Below are positions 25,387 through 34,045 of a stretch of DNA of 51,601 nucleotides, one piece after another. The stretch is from a virus (taxonomy: Duplodnaviria; Heunggongvirae; Uroviricota; Caudoviricetes). The notes under the pieces were generated by a model. The model ran no database searches. It was not told the DNA's origin and was given only the letters and a program-made list of their open reading frames with translations. Positions within the stretch are counted from its first letter, which is position 1, and the number at the start of each line of letters is the position of its first letter. The position numbers were made by a program, and so were the translations under genes. Location of the stretch: the IMG/VR virus record IMGVR_UViG_2854395284_000002, positions 91,638-143,238 of that record. The stretch is one strand, 5' to 3'.

Positions 25387-26002
25387 CTTGATAATAGTAA
25401 TCATTACTATTTTCGATATGTAAAATTTTTACATATGACCTTACGTCACCTTGCCACCGGAATAATGCGCGCCATGGTCAAAAATTTTTATTTTACCAAA
25501 CAATAGAAAAAATTTTATCTATTGTCAAAATTTTTTGAATTGTATTAGAATTGTGTTATGCCCTATAAAATACCTGTTTTTCGGGGTAAAATAGTGATGT
25601 GATCTGTTTATTGTCTGAATGTTCAGACTGGGGGGTAGTTAAAACTGGTAAATTGTCTGAATTTTCTGAAACCTCACATAGCTGGTTCATCCACACACTA
25701 ACTCCAAAACTCATCATCACCATCCCATTCCGCCCATCCAAAAACAATCCCAAATTTACCCAATAATCAAGCCAAAAATCCAATCATTTCACCACAAAAC
25801 ACCTTATCGTACCCTTTATCGTTAATCCCAATAATCAAGCCTTAAAATCACTCCACCATTCATATTTCATTTCCAACTTTCACACATCCGTTCCAAAATA
25901 ATCCATATAAATTCCAAACTCTAACGATAAGTATTTCACCACGCAAAAATTGCTCTCTTCTACTCTCACATCCACGCATACCATCACAAATCATCCTTAC
26001 TA

Positions 26003-26031
26003 TTGATCTAAGGACAAAACAGTATTATAAT
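26003..26031 (+). promoter_or_regulatory. sigma-A promoter
   Basis: TTGATC-17-TATAAT upstream of 26100. Confidence 0.55.
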
Positions 26032-26099
26032 CGACCTAGAATCCATTCAAACACCTATACCCTATAAACTGTCAACCTATACAAGAAAAGAGGAAAATC

Positions 26100-26618
26100 A
26101 TGTCATTTCGTGATGAATTGTCCAGCCTTACCCCAACACAAAAGCAGATCCAGGTCAAAGCAACATCTGAAGCACAAACAAATGCCAGACTTGATTATTC
26201 TGGTGTAAAAGATCTTTTACGCTCCAAAGCACAGCATAATGAGTACACAACTATAGGCAATCATAAATATATCTCTTGCTATTATCCGGATTCCTATTCA
26301 GGCGAACCAGAAGCTGCAGAATATGTCAGACGAGTCTGTGAAACAAGAACAACCATGCATAGAAGAGGATTATTTTCTGGACAAGTACAAGAAACATCAT
26401 GCGTAATCTCTTATATTATTACAAACCAATCTGCATATGATGAATATTTAAAAGAATTACAAAGACTCGCTGCAGAAGATGATATTCGTATATCTGTAGT
26501 AGGATATAATAAATTAGAAAAACGCACCGAAATATCAATTCCCTGTTGTCTCGGATCGACTTTACTGGCAAACAATTATATGTACAGAATCAAACTTAGT
26601 GTCAGCATCACATTTTAA
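26100..26618 (+). CDS. hypothetical protein (172 aa)
   Basis: GAGG RBS, promoter, downstream hairpin at 26643-26673. Confidence 0.7.
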   Translation: MSFRDELSSLTPTQKQIQVKATSEAQTNARLDYSGVKDLLRSKAQHNEYTTIGNHKYISCYYPDSYSGEPEAAEYVRRVCETRTTMHRRGLFSGQVQETSCVISYIITNQSAYDEYLKELQRLAAEDDIRISVVGYNKLEKRTEISIPCCLGSTLLANNYMYRIKLSVSITF

Positions 26619-26974
26619 ATAGGAAATAACTCAAATAAAATAAGGGTAGATGACCATAAAAATCACCTACCCTATACAAAAAGATACTTCTACAGATTTT
26701 AAATCAATTTTATATCCATACCATAACAACTATCCACTAAGCACATTAAAATTTGTTCTAAACAAATAATCTCACATACTCTCCTACGATCATACCCAAG
26801 AAATGATCTGTATCCTCTCATACCAGACACACCATGGGGGGCTACTTTTAAACTCCAGCATAAAACGATCTTCTATTTCATATATACCTATATAATATAC
26901 AGAATTTACCATTTGAATGTTTGTTCGAATTATGCTAAAATTATTAATATCAAAAATATAAAGGACTGTTGGGC

Positions 26975-27745
26975 ATGAATGATTTATATAGCTTTTTCTA
27001 TTGGGGAGATTACAATGCTCAGATGGCGGAATTAGCAAAAAGAGCACAGTCAGAGCCGTGGTCTTTTGGAAATATAAACGATTATTCAATTTTAAAAAAT
27101 TATATGAAACACACTTTCCAAAAACTGCAGAGTGAAGGGAAAATCGTTACAGCAAAATATTATTGTATTTTTAATACAGGCCTATATGATAATTATAACG
27201 AACCAATTTATGTATATGCAGAACCTAATAATAGATTAGGCTATTCAAGTTGGATATTTAAAGGATTCAAAGATCGTTATGAGCTAGGCGATTTAAAAAT
27301 CATTGATTTACCAGAAAGAGCTGATTACTTTTCTGATCCAGGCAAACTCATATTCAACTGGCATTATCCCGTTAATGTTCATTATGAACACATCTTAGAT
27401 GACCTTAATACAGCGCAGCGTTTACCAGAACGTATTCGGACAAGTGATCTTGCATTGGAAACACTAAAAGGAGTAATCGATTCTTCAATTCAAAAGGTTA
27501 CTGCGAATTATAAGCTTGCTATTCCTCATTACTACAATAACAGGATTCAGCTAATGATTCCATTATATTTCAACAAAAATAATATTCCTGACGTTGCATT
27601 GGTGCTTAATGAAATAGATGGAAAGTGTTACCAAGCAAGAACATGTCTTTCCATGAAGATGGCATACATTGATGCAAGGATTATTTCTAAGCCTGATGTG
27701 TTCTGGTTATCCTTTGATACAATTAATGCAAGAGAAGAAGAATAA
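26975..27745 (+). CDS. DUF3825-domain protein
   Basis: EPWSF...ILKNY...TF.KL...FNTGL....EPIY...P.RADYF...HI.DD...RLP...NYKLAIP.YY...IQL.IPL...AY..AR.I.KP...WL. Confidence 0.75.
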   Translation: MNDLYSFFYWGDYNAQMAELAKRAQSEPWSFGNINDYSILKNYMKHTFQKLQSEGKIVTAKYYCIFNTGLYDNYNEPIYVYAEPNNRLGYSSWIFKGFKDRYELGDLKIIDLPERADYFSDPGKLIFNWHYPVNVHYEHILDDLNTAQRLPERIRTSDLALETLKGVIDSSIQKVTANYKLAIPHYYNNRIQLMIPLYFNKNNIPDVALVLNEIDGKCYQARTCLSMKMAYIDARIISKPDVFWLSFDTINAREEE

Positions 27746-27769
27746 AATAATATATGAAAATACATTCCT

Positions 27770-27804
27770 ATAGCAGATGAGAGAAATCTTGTCTGCTATT
27801 TTTT
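27770..27804 (+). terminator. intrinsic terminator
   Basis: ATAGCAGA / TCTGCTAT stem plus T-run. Confidence 0.65.
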
Positions 27805-27912
27805 ATGCTCAAAATCAAAAATTGACAAATCATAAAACACAAAAACGATTCAAATAGCATGGAGAATAAACAAATATCAAAGAAAATCATAAATGCGAAG
27901 GAGATATTTACT

Positions 27913-28045
27913 ATGGACAATAATTTAAAACTGATCACAACAGAAAAATAAATTTTATGACAAAGAACAGAGAATGAAAAGATGTACGAGTTGGACTCCG
28001 AAAGGAGTGCAATTAATCTCATATAATAATTATATATTTATATAA
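27913..28045 (+). pseudogene. possible collapsed antirepressor remnant
   Basis: AAGGAG RBS plus MDNNLKLITTEK*, then in another frame ...TSWTPKGVQLI (antirepressor-like termini, middle missing). Confidence 0.35.
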
Positions 28046-28130
28046 TAATTAATTAAGTGCAAAAAGTGGTCAAAATCTGCCCACTTAGCGGGAGTGTTTT
28101 GGAGTGTAGTGGTCAAAATCGATACACTTT

Positions 28131-28510
28131 TTGCACCATGTAAAAAATGGAGGTAAAATTATTAACGATCAAAATTTAAAATCAATTCAAATTTCTATAC
28201 CAAAAGATATACTTCACTCTTCTACTTTTTCAAATTATGAAATTGCAGCGTACTGTTTCTTAAAAACTGTAGTGACTGTCACATACACAACAGAGCATTG
28301 TATATCTTATTCTCAGGCCAGCTATTATCTAACTGGATCTACAAAATATTCTAAACGATTCCCTGTATATATAAAAAATGGAATAGATAGACTTATTCAA
28401 AAAGGAATTATTATCCAAAAAGGAGTCGCTCAAAAAGAATATATTTTAGACTGTTCTTGTTTATGGGATGATACAAAAGATACTCCGTTTGTTATTATTG
28501 ATTTAAAACA
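28131..28510 (+). pseudogene. 5' part of a winged-helix (Rep-like) gene interrupted by the ICE
   Basis: IPKDIL.S..FSNYEIAAYCFL...GIDRLIQKGII...EYILD; the reading frame runs into the Tn916-like end after PFVIID. Confidence 0.55.
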
Positions 28511-28651
28511 AAATCACAAAGTAATTTTTGACTATCTTTTCAAAAGTTCTTATATGCCGGTATAGCCTATTGTTACAGGCTTTTCCGGCATTTTTCGTTA
28601 TGGAAGATATTCTCAAATCTTCTTATATCCCCGTATGTTTTGATGTTCAAA

Positions 28652-28688
28652 AGTAGTATGTGGAGTAGTAAATTCTCCGTTTACTACT
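28652..28688. promoter_or_regulatory. integrase arm-type binding sites (Tn916 DR2-like)
   Basis: AGTAGTATGT at 28652, AGTAGTAAATT at 28664-28674, inverted TTTACTACT at 28680-28688. Confidence 0.7.
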
Positions 28689-29881
28689 TATGCAATCAGC
28701 CGCTTCATTTCTGTTATCGACGTTTCGGAAGTCGTATGCGCGTAATAGTTCAGTGTCATGTTGATGTTAGAATGTCCCATGATGTACTGTAATGCCTTTG
28801 GGTTCATTCCTGCATTTGCTAACGTGGTGCAGAATGTGTGGCGTAAGGTGTGCGGTGTCATTACCTTTGGCAATGCTACCTTTTGCGTTTTGTTGTATTT
28901 CCTTACAAGCCCCCGGAACATACTTTCATAGTTGACCGCCACTTTTGGCAAGCCGTTCCGGTTAAGGAACAGAAACTTTGTGTAGCCCTCCAAAATAACA
29001 GGCTGTGCATATTTCCGTTTGTTCAGCACCCGCTGAAATGCTTCCAACACTTTTTCACTCATAGGAATAACCCGGTTGCCGCTTTTCGTCTTAGGTGTTT
29101 CCACATAGTAGCCCACGTCTGCAATCTTCAAAAGTTGGTGGTCTACATGGATAAGCTGTTTGTCTAAGTCAATGTCAGCTTCCGTCAATCCGCAGAGTTC
29201 CGAAATGCGAAGCCCTGTCCCTAACAGTATGATAATCTCGTCGTAGTATTTCTGATAGACTTTATCATGCTGCACAAAGGACAAGAAAGCCGCTTCCTGC
29301 GTAGGGGATAGAGGTTCCTTTGGTTCTGTATCATCTTCAAGGACTGTGTTCAACTGGAAGTCAAACGGATTTTTACGAATACAATCGTCCTGTATGGCTG
29401 TGTAAAAGGCAGCCTTTAAGGAACGCTTGTGGTTGTTGATAGTTTTGAAGCCGTAACCTTTTTCTTTCATGCGTAACGCCCATTCCTTTGCGTCGGAGAG
29501 CTTCACATTTTCAATCCGGCAGGCTCCAAGTTTATCCTCCTGCAAAATCCGCATGAGCTGTTTTCGCCCCTGCTTTGTACCATGCCGCACATTTGCCCGG
29601 TGGCGTATCTGCTTTGCGTAGAGTTGGCAGACAGTCATTTTCTTTCCGATATGGTCGATACCGTCGTCAAGGTCTTTTTGGATTTCTTTCTCTTTTTCCC
29701 TCAACGCTATATCGTCGCGCTTTCCTGCCGGGGTTTTGTCCGTAGGCACTAACTTCCAAGAATAAACAAACTGCGGTTTCCCAAAGGTGTCTATATATTT
29801 GTAGGCATATCTCCCGTCTTTTCTCTGGCTCTCTCCGGTGCGGAGAATACGATTTTTATTATCCCGTCTTTTTTCCGACAT
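28688..29881 (-). CDS. int: Tn916-family tyrosine integrase
   Basis: MSEKRRDNKNRILRTGESQRKDGRY N-terminus; GLRISE, TPHTLRHTF, LQYIMGH, Y motifs. Confidence 0.95.
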   Translation of the reverse strand: MSEKRRDNKNRILRTGESQRKDGRYAYKYIDTFGKPQFVYSWKLVPTDKTPAGKRDDIALREKEKEIQKDLDDGIDHIGKKMTVCQLYAKQIRHRANVRHGTKQGRKQLMRILQEDKLGACRIENVKLSDAKEWALRMKEKGYGFKTINNHKRSLKAAFYTAIQDDCIRKNPFDFQLNTVLEDDTEPKEPLSPTQEAAFLSFVQHDKVYQKYYDEIIILLGTGLRISELCGLTEADIDLDKQLIHVDHQLLKIADVGYYVETPKTKSGNRVIPMSEKVLEAFQRVLNKRKYAQPVILEGYTKFLFLNRNGLPKVAVNYESMFRGLVRKYNKTQKVALPKVMTPHTLRHTFCTTLANAGMNPKALQYIMGHSNINMTLNYYAHTTSETSITEMKRLIA

Positions 29882-29960
29882 CGTTATGCTCCTTTCCATA
29901 ATGGAAAGAGCCTTGATATGCTTGACTACATTGTACCACATTCAAGGCTCGATTTCACTA

Positions 29961-30164
29961 TCAGATTGCGTCCACCGTATCAATCATTTTTTCAAACTGC
30001 TTCCGCTTAATCTGAATACGGTTTCCGTTCATCATTACCCAGTCCGGGACGGGATTTTCTTCTGCCAGTTTCCGCAGCTTGCTTTCTCCGATACGGAAAT
30101 ATTTTGCCGCTTCTTCTATGGTAAGAGTGTACTTTTCCCAAATCGGCACGTCGTTATTGTTCAA
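29961..30164 (-). CDS. xis: Tn916-family excisionase
   Basis: [29 protein letters not shown]...[14 protein letters not shown]. Confidence 0.95.
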   Translation of the reverse strand: MNNNDVPIWEKYTLTIEEAAKYFRIGESKLRKLAEENPVPDWVMMNGNRIQIKRKQFEKMIDTVDAI

Positions 30165-30582
30165 TTTGTCGTCCCCCTTTCTTAATGGGTCAAAAGTTAA
30201 TGTGTAACATAGGCTTTAATCGGACGGCTATTAGCGTAACCTCATGGGACTTGCACCCCTCCGGCGGTCTGCCGAAGCCCTACCCATTGCCTGCGACGCT
30301 TCTAACGCTCGGACTATGGCTGTAAGGAAGTATCATTATATATTCTGTGCGTTATCGCCCGCAGGGTGCTATCCCTGCTTTACGGTGTGGTATTTCTCGC
30401 TCGCTTTTCGGTTAAGAAAAAGGTCATGGCGTACCCACCGCATGGCTCGGCACAAAAGGAACGTATCCGATTTGCCTTATACTGCGTCGCCGTTCTATTG
30501 CGCCGCTTTCTTTGTCAAAGAGCAGAGAGCTGTTCTGCGATATGGAACGGAAAAGGGAGAAGCGTTCCAATACCGCGTTGGT

Positions 30583-30840
30583 TTATTCAGCCCTAAATGT
30601 GAGGATTGCCCTCATCAGTTTTGCTTGCAGCCTTTCGCGTATTTCTTCGTCTACTCCAAAATAAACATTTCCTCGCTCATCATAGAGCTTCCGCATGGAA
30701 AGACTTGCTATATAGCCGCTGAAATGCTGCAATACAATCTTCATTGCGTCCGGGTCGCCTTTGCTCGCCGCCAAAATAACGGGATAGGGAACAAGGGCAT
30801 TTTCCGGGTACTCGGTCGGTTTACCATTCAATCCATTCAT
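30583..30840 (-). CDS. Tn916 Orf8-like HTH protein
   Basis: VPYPVILAASKGDPDAM..VLQHFSGYI...DEEIRERLQAKL. Confidence 0.8.
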   Translation of the reverse strand: MNGLNGKPTEYPENALVPYPVILAASKGDPDAMKIVLQHFSGYIASLSMRKLYDERGNVYFGVDEEIRERLQAKLMRAILTFRAE

Positions 30841-31261
30841 CAGCGTTTTCCTCCAAATATTTTTTTAACTGCTCAAAGGAGCTTGTCCGGCGATACTGTA
30901 CCGTACTTCTTGAGATATTGAGTTGCTTTCCGATTTCTATATCAGTCAATCCCTCAAAGTAATACAGCAGTATAATTTTGCGCCGTTCTTCGGGCAAAGC
31001 CCGGATAGCTTCAAGTAGCAGTTTTGGGGTTATTTCTTTTCCTGCCATTTGATAAGACGGCTCTGCTTCTTCGTCTTGAAAATACTTATCGACGGTATAA
31101 AGTTGCCGTTCCTCATGCAAGGCAAGGTTGGAAAAAGTAACCTCCCGAACTCTGCGCCGACGAATTTCTTCATGGGCGTTGCACGCTTCGTTGTGCAGCA
31201 CTGATTTACAGAACTTTTGAAACGCACATTGCTTTTCAAATTCCCTGCGATTAGGTGTCAT
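30821..31261 (-). CDS. Tn916 Orf7-like sigma-70 region 4 protein
   Basis: AIRALPEERRKIILLYYFEGLTDIEIGKQLNISRSTVQYRR. Confidence 0.85.
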   Translation of the reverse strand: MTPNRREFEKQCAFQKFCKSVLHNEACNAHEEIRRRRVREVTFSNLALHEERQLYTVDKYFQDEEAEPSYQMAGKEITPKLLLEAIRALPEERRKIILLYYFEGLTDIEIGKQLNISRSTVQYRRTSSFEQLKKYLEENADEWIEW

Positions 31262-31784
31262 GGTGTTCACCTCCTTTCTGCCGAAAGGCGGTAGTACCTC
31301 CCCTTTTCGCGGGATAATACAGGCGACTTTTTGCTTTGCCAAAAAGAGGACAAAGTTTTTGAAAAAATCTTCTGTAAACGCAAAATACGCCCGCCCGAAA
31401 AAACTCGGACAGGCGCAGAGGAATTAAAAGAAGTATTCAGATGATTTGACAATTCATATATATAGCCGCAATAACCCCTTGTAGGAGGCGGGCTTTTTTT
31501 GATAAGGTATTCCTTATCTGTATGTATTCATTCTTTCCTTTTTTCACAATGACAACCTCCCAATATACCGCCCCTGCTGATTGCATGGGATAGAGAGTGT
31601 CAAAGTGCTTTAAGCAAAAAGAAACGGCGGCTTTTCCATAAGCCACCGTTTCAAAGGCGCGTGAAAATATGTCTGCTTTACGACGGCTTTTTTTCTTTTG
31701 CCGTCGCGCGGCAGATTTAGTCTATTTTATATCCATTTGTTATAATATTTGCAATATCTAAATTTATTCTCTGTGGTTATTCAG

Positions 31785-32273
31785 TCACTTTTTTCGCCTT
31801 ACCAAAAACAAAACACAAGCAAGAGAAAATACAATACTACATATAATGTACGTCCAATTAAAAAATGAAATATTGATTAAATATTGTGCAGATTGACTTT
31901 TAATGAAGTTAACATATGGCATATTGTTACCAATAGTTTCCATAACTTCAACAATGTTTGTCGGACTTAAATTATATAAAAACGAGCCAAACAAATATAA
32001 TGTGATTTTTTCAACGATAGATGGTAGAAGAATAGCCAATACATAAAACCAAATTTTGTATTGATTACAGGATTTCCATAAATATATTGTTCCTAAAAGA
32101 TACGGTATAATAGCAAGTAAACCGCCTAAAAGGGGTGTATATAAATGAAAGCCTAAAACAATAAATACAATACGAATTAAAAGGTACACTCCTAAAATAA
32201 TTATCCAGTTCAGTAACAATACCAAAATAGAATTTTGCTTTTGTCCGTTTGTTACGTTACTCTGTTGTTGCAT
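31785..32273 (-). CDS. membrane protein (about 4 TM)
   Basis: Hydrophobic segments; end of the cargo operon. Confidence 0.75.
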   Translation of the reverse strand: MQQQSNVTNGQKQNSILVLLLNWIIILGVYLLIRIVFIVLGFHLYTPLLGGLLAIIPYLLGTIYLWKSCNQYKIWFYVLAILLPSIVEKITLYLFGSFLYNLSPTNIVEVMETIGNNMPYVNFIKSQSAQYLINISFFNWTYIICSIVFSLACVLFLVRRKK

Positions 32274-32275
32274 TT

Positions 32276-33328
32276 CTACACCTCCCGAAAGAAAGGACGT
32301 TCCACTTTTGGAAACGTCAAGGTTACGGTTGTTCCACCATAAGAATTAGTCTGTATTTCCACTTTTATAGTTAGGTCATTAGCCATTTTTTGAACAAGGT
32401 ATAACCCCATGCCTGTAGAACGGCTTAAATAACTTCCTGTATCGCCGGTAAAACCTTTATCAAAAACAAATGGCAAATCCGATATGGGTATGCTCATTCC
32501 ATTATCGTTAATAGATAAGATGATTTCTTCACTTTGTGAAGCTTCATTGATTGAGAATTGAAGAAAGGGAGAAGATTTTTTTTCAGCATATTTTACACTA
32601 TTACTAATAATCTGTCCTAAAATAAACATTAGCCCTTTTTTGTCGGATATAATTTGATATTCATTCCCCAAAAACTCAATAGAAAATCCGGCTTCTTCAA
32701 GCAGAGTTACATTATCCTCAACTGCTTCTCGACAAGTCCTAAGAATAGATAGTGGTTCAAAATAATAATCTTTATGGACAGCACCAAGCCGAGAAAAATA
32801 AAGGATTTGTTCAACATCTTGCCGCGCATGGTCACGCACGTAAAGCATACGAGTATGCACTAAAGGGGACATTTCGTTTTTTCGATTATCCAATAACAAT
32901 GTCATAAGCGATAGTGGCTTTTTAATTTCATGCGCCCAATTTTCAATATATTGTTCATAGTCCGAAATCTTTATTTTCTGTTCGTTCACATATTCCTGCT
33001 GTGTTCTCAAATGCTGTCCCAATTCACGAACATAGGGACGTAATAACGCGGGTACAATTTCACATAGTAAGTATTCATTAGTATCATCTGGTTCCAATAA
33101 AAAACTATGAAAAACAACATCAGCTTTGTTACTTTTTTTGATTGATATAGTAATCGGTATAGTAAGTGCAGCCAATGAAACAAAAATTATCAAGGCAACA
33201 TAGCTTGTGAAATATTCCGGGTAAGCCAACCAAGCAAGGAATATAAAGAACAAATCCAAACACATAAATGTTATAAACCAAATTCGATTAGAAGAAATAG
33301 CAATTAAAAGATTTTTCCATTTATTCAT
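32276..33328 (-). CDS. BceS-like intramembrane-sensing histidine kinase
   Basis: Two N-terminal TMs with no loop; WAHEIKKPL H-box; QIISNSVKY, DNG, F.KGFTG, TGMGLYL. Confidence 0.9.
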   Translation of the reverse strand: MNKWKNLLIAISSNRIWFITFMCLDLFFIFLAWLAYPEYFTSYVALIIFVSLAALTIPITISIKKSNKADVVFHSFLLEPDDTNEYLLCEIVPALLRPYVRELGQHLRTQQEYVNEQKIKISDYEQYIENWAHEIKKPLSLMTLLLDNRKNEMSPLVHTRMLYVRDHARQDVEQILYFSRLGAVHKDYYFEPLSILRTCREAVEDNVTLLEEAGFSIEFLGNEYQIISDKKGLMFILGQIISNSVKYAEKKSSPFLQFSINEASQSEEIILSINDNGMSIPISDLPFVFDKGFTGDTGSYLSRSTGMGLYLVQKMANDLTIKVEIQTNSYGGTTVTLTFPKVERPFFREV

Positions 33329-34008
33329 ATGTCCACCTGCTCTTTCAAACGGTATCCTTGCCCTCGCACCGTTTCTATACGTTCTTCAAGCCCAAACTCC
33401 CGAAGCGTTTTTCGCAGCCGAGTAAAATTTACTTGTAATGCATTTTCGTCTATAAATTCTTCTGTTCCCCATAGTCTAATGCATAATTCTTTTTTAGAAA
33501 CAATCTTAGGGCTATTTTTCAAGAGAGCAAGTAATATTTTTCCTTCGTTCGGTGGCATAAGGTAAGAGCTATTCCCTACATAAATTGTAAAGGTATTCGG
33601 GTCAAGTAAAAAACCACCTCCATCAAGTAACCCTTGCTGTACCTGTTCTTCTTTACGTCGAAGAAGATTTTTAATTCGGGCAAGTAAACGTGACATATTA
33701 CAAGGTTTTGTTAAATAGTCATCAGCCCCCAAGTCTAATGCGTGCAGTTCGTCCTGCAATTTATCTCTTGCAGTCAATACGAGTACCGTACCAATCTGTT
33801 TAGCTTTCAACTCTTTACATATTTCAAAACCCGAACGAAAGGGAAGATTGATGTCAAGCAAAATTAAGTCGGGAAAATATGCTGCTATTTCTGATACTGC
33901 GTTTTCAAAATCCGATAATCCAATCGTATCATATCCCGATTTTTCTAATAAGTTCAACAGTTCTTCTCGCATATAAACATCATCTTCAACCACAACTATC
34001 TTTGCCAA
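33325..34008 (-). CDS. OmpR-family (BceR-like) response regulator
   Basis: IVVVEDD, LLDINLP, GADDYLTKP, IETVRGQGY; TTG start after GGAGG. Confidence 0.92.
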   Translation of the reverse strand: MAKIVVVEDDVYMREELLNLLEKSGYDTIGLSDFENAVSEIAAYFPDLILLDINLPFRSGFEICKELKAKQIGTVLVLTARDKLQDELHALDLGADDYLTKPCNMSRLLARIKNLLRRKEEQVQQGLLDGGGFLLDPNTFTIYVGNSSYLMPPNEGKILLALLKNSPKIVSKKELCIRLWGTEEFIDENALQVNFTRLRKTLREFGLEERIETVRGQGYRLKEQVDI

Positions 34009-34045
34009 TATGTCCGCCTCCTTTCCCATAATATTTATAAGCCTG

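Larger units (their letters stand above)
1..28510 (-). mobile_element. Segment of a large phage/plasmid-like element: early/accessory small-gene array plus origin-like region
   Basis: About 65 tightly packed, co-oriented, mostly <150 aa ORFs with strong RBSs; no housekeeping genes; recombinase, TA, DnaN-like and antirepressor-like genes; no virion genes visible, so phage versus plasmid is unresolved. Confidence 0.7.

Noticed and set aside
25556-25783. 75-aa minus-strand ORF in the G-poor tract, and 26790-27089 / 27768-28022
   Set aside because: No RBS, low-complexity composition or antisense to supported genes.
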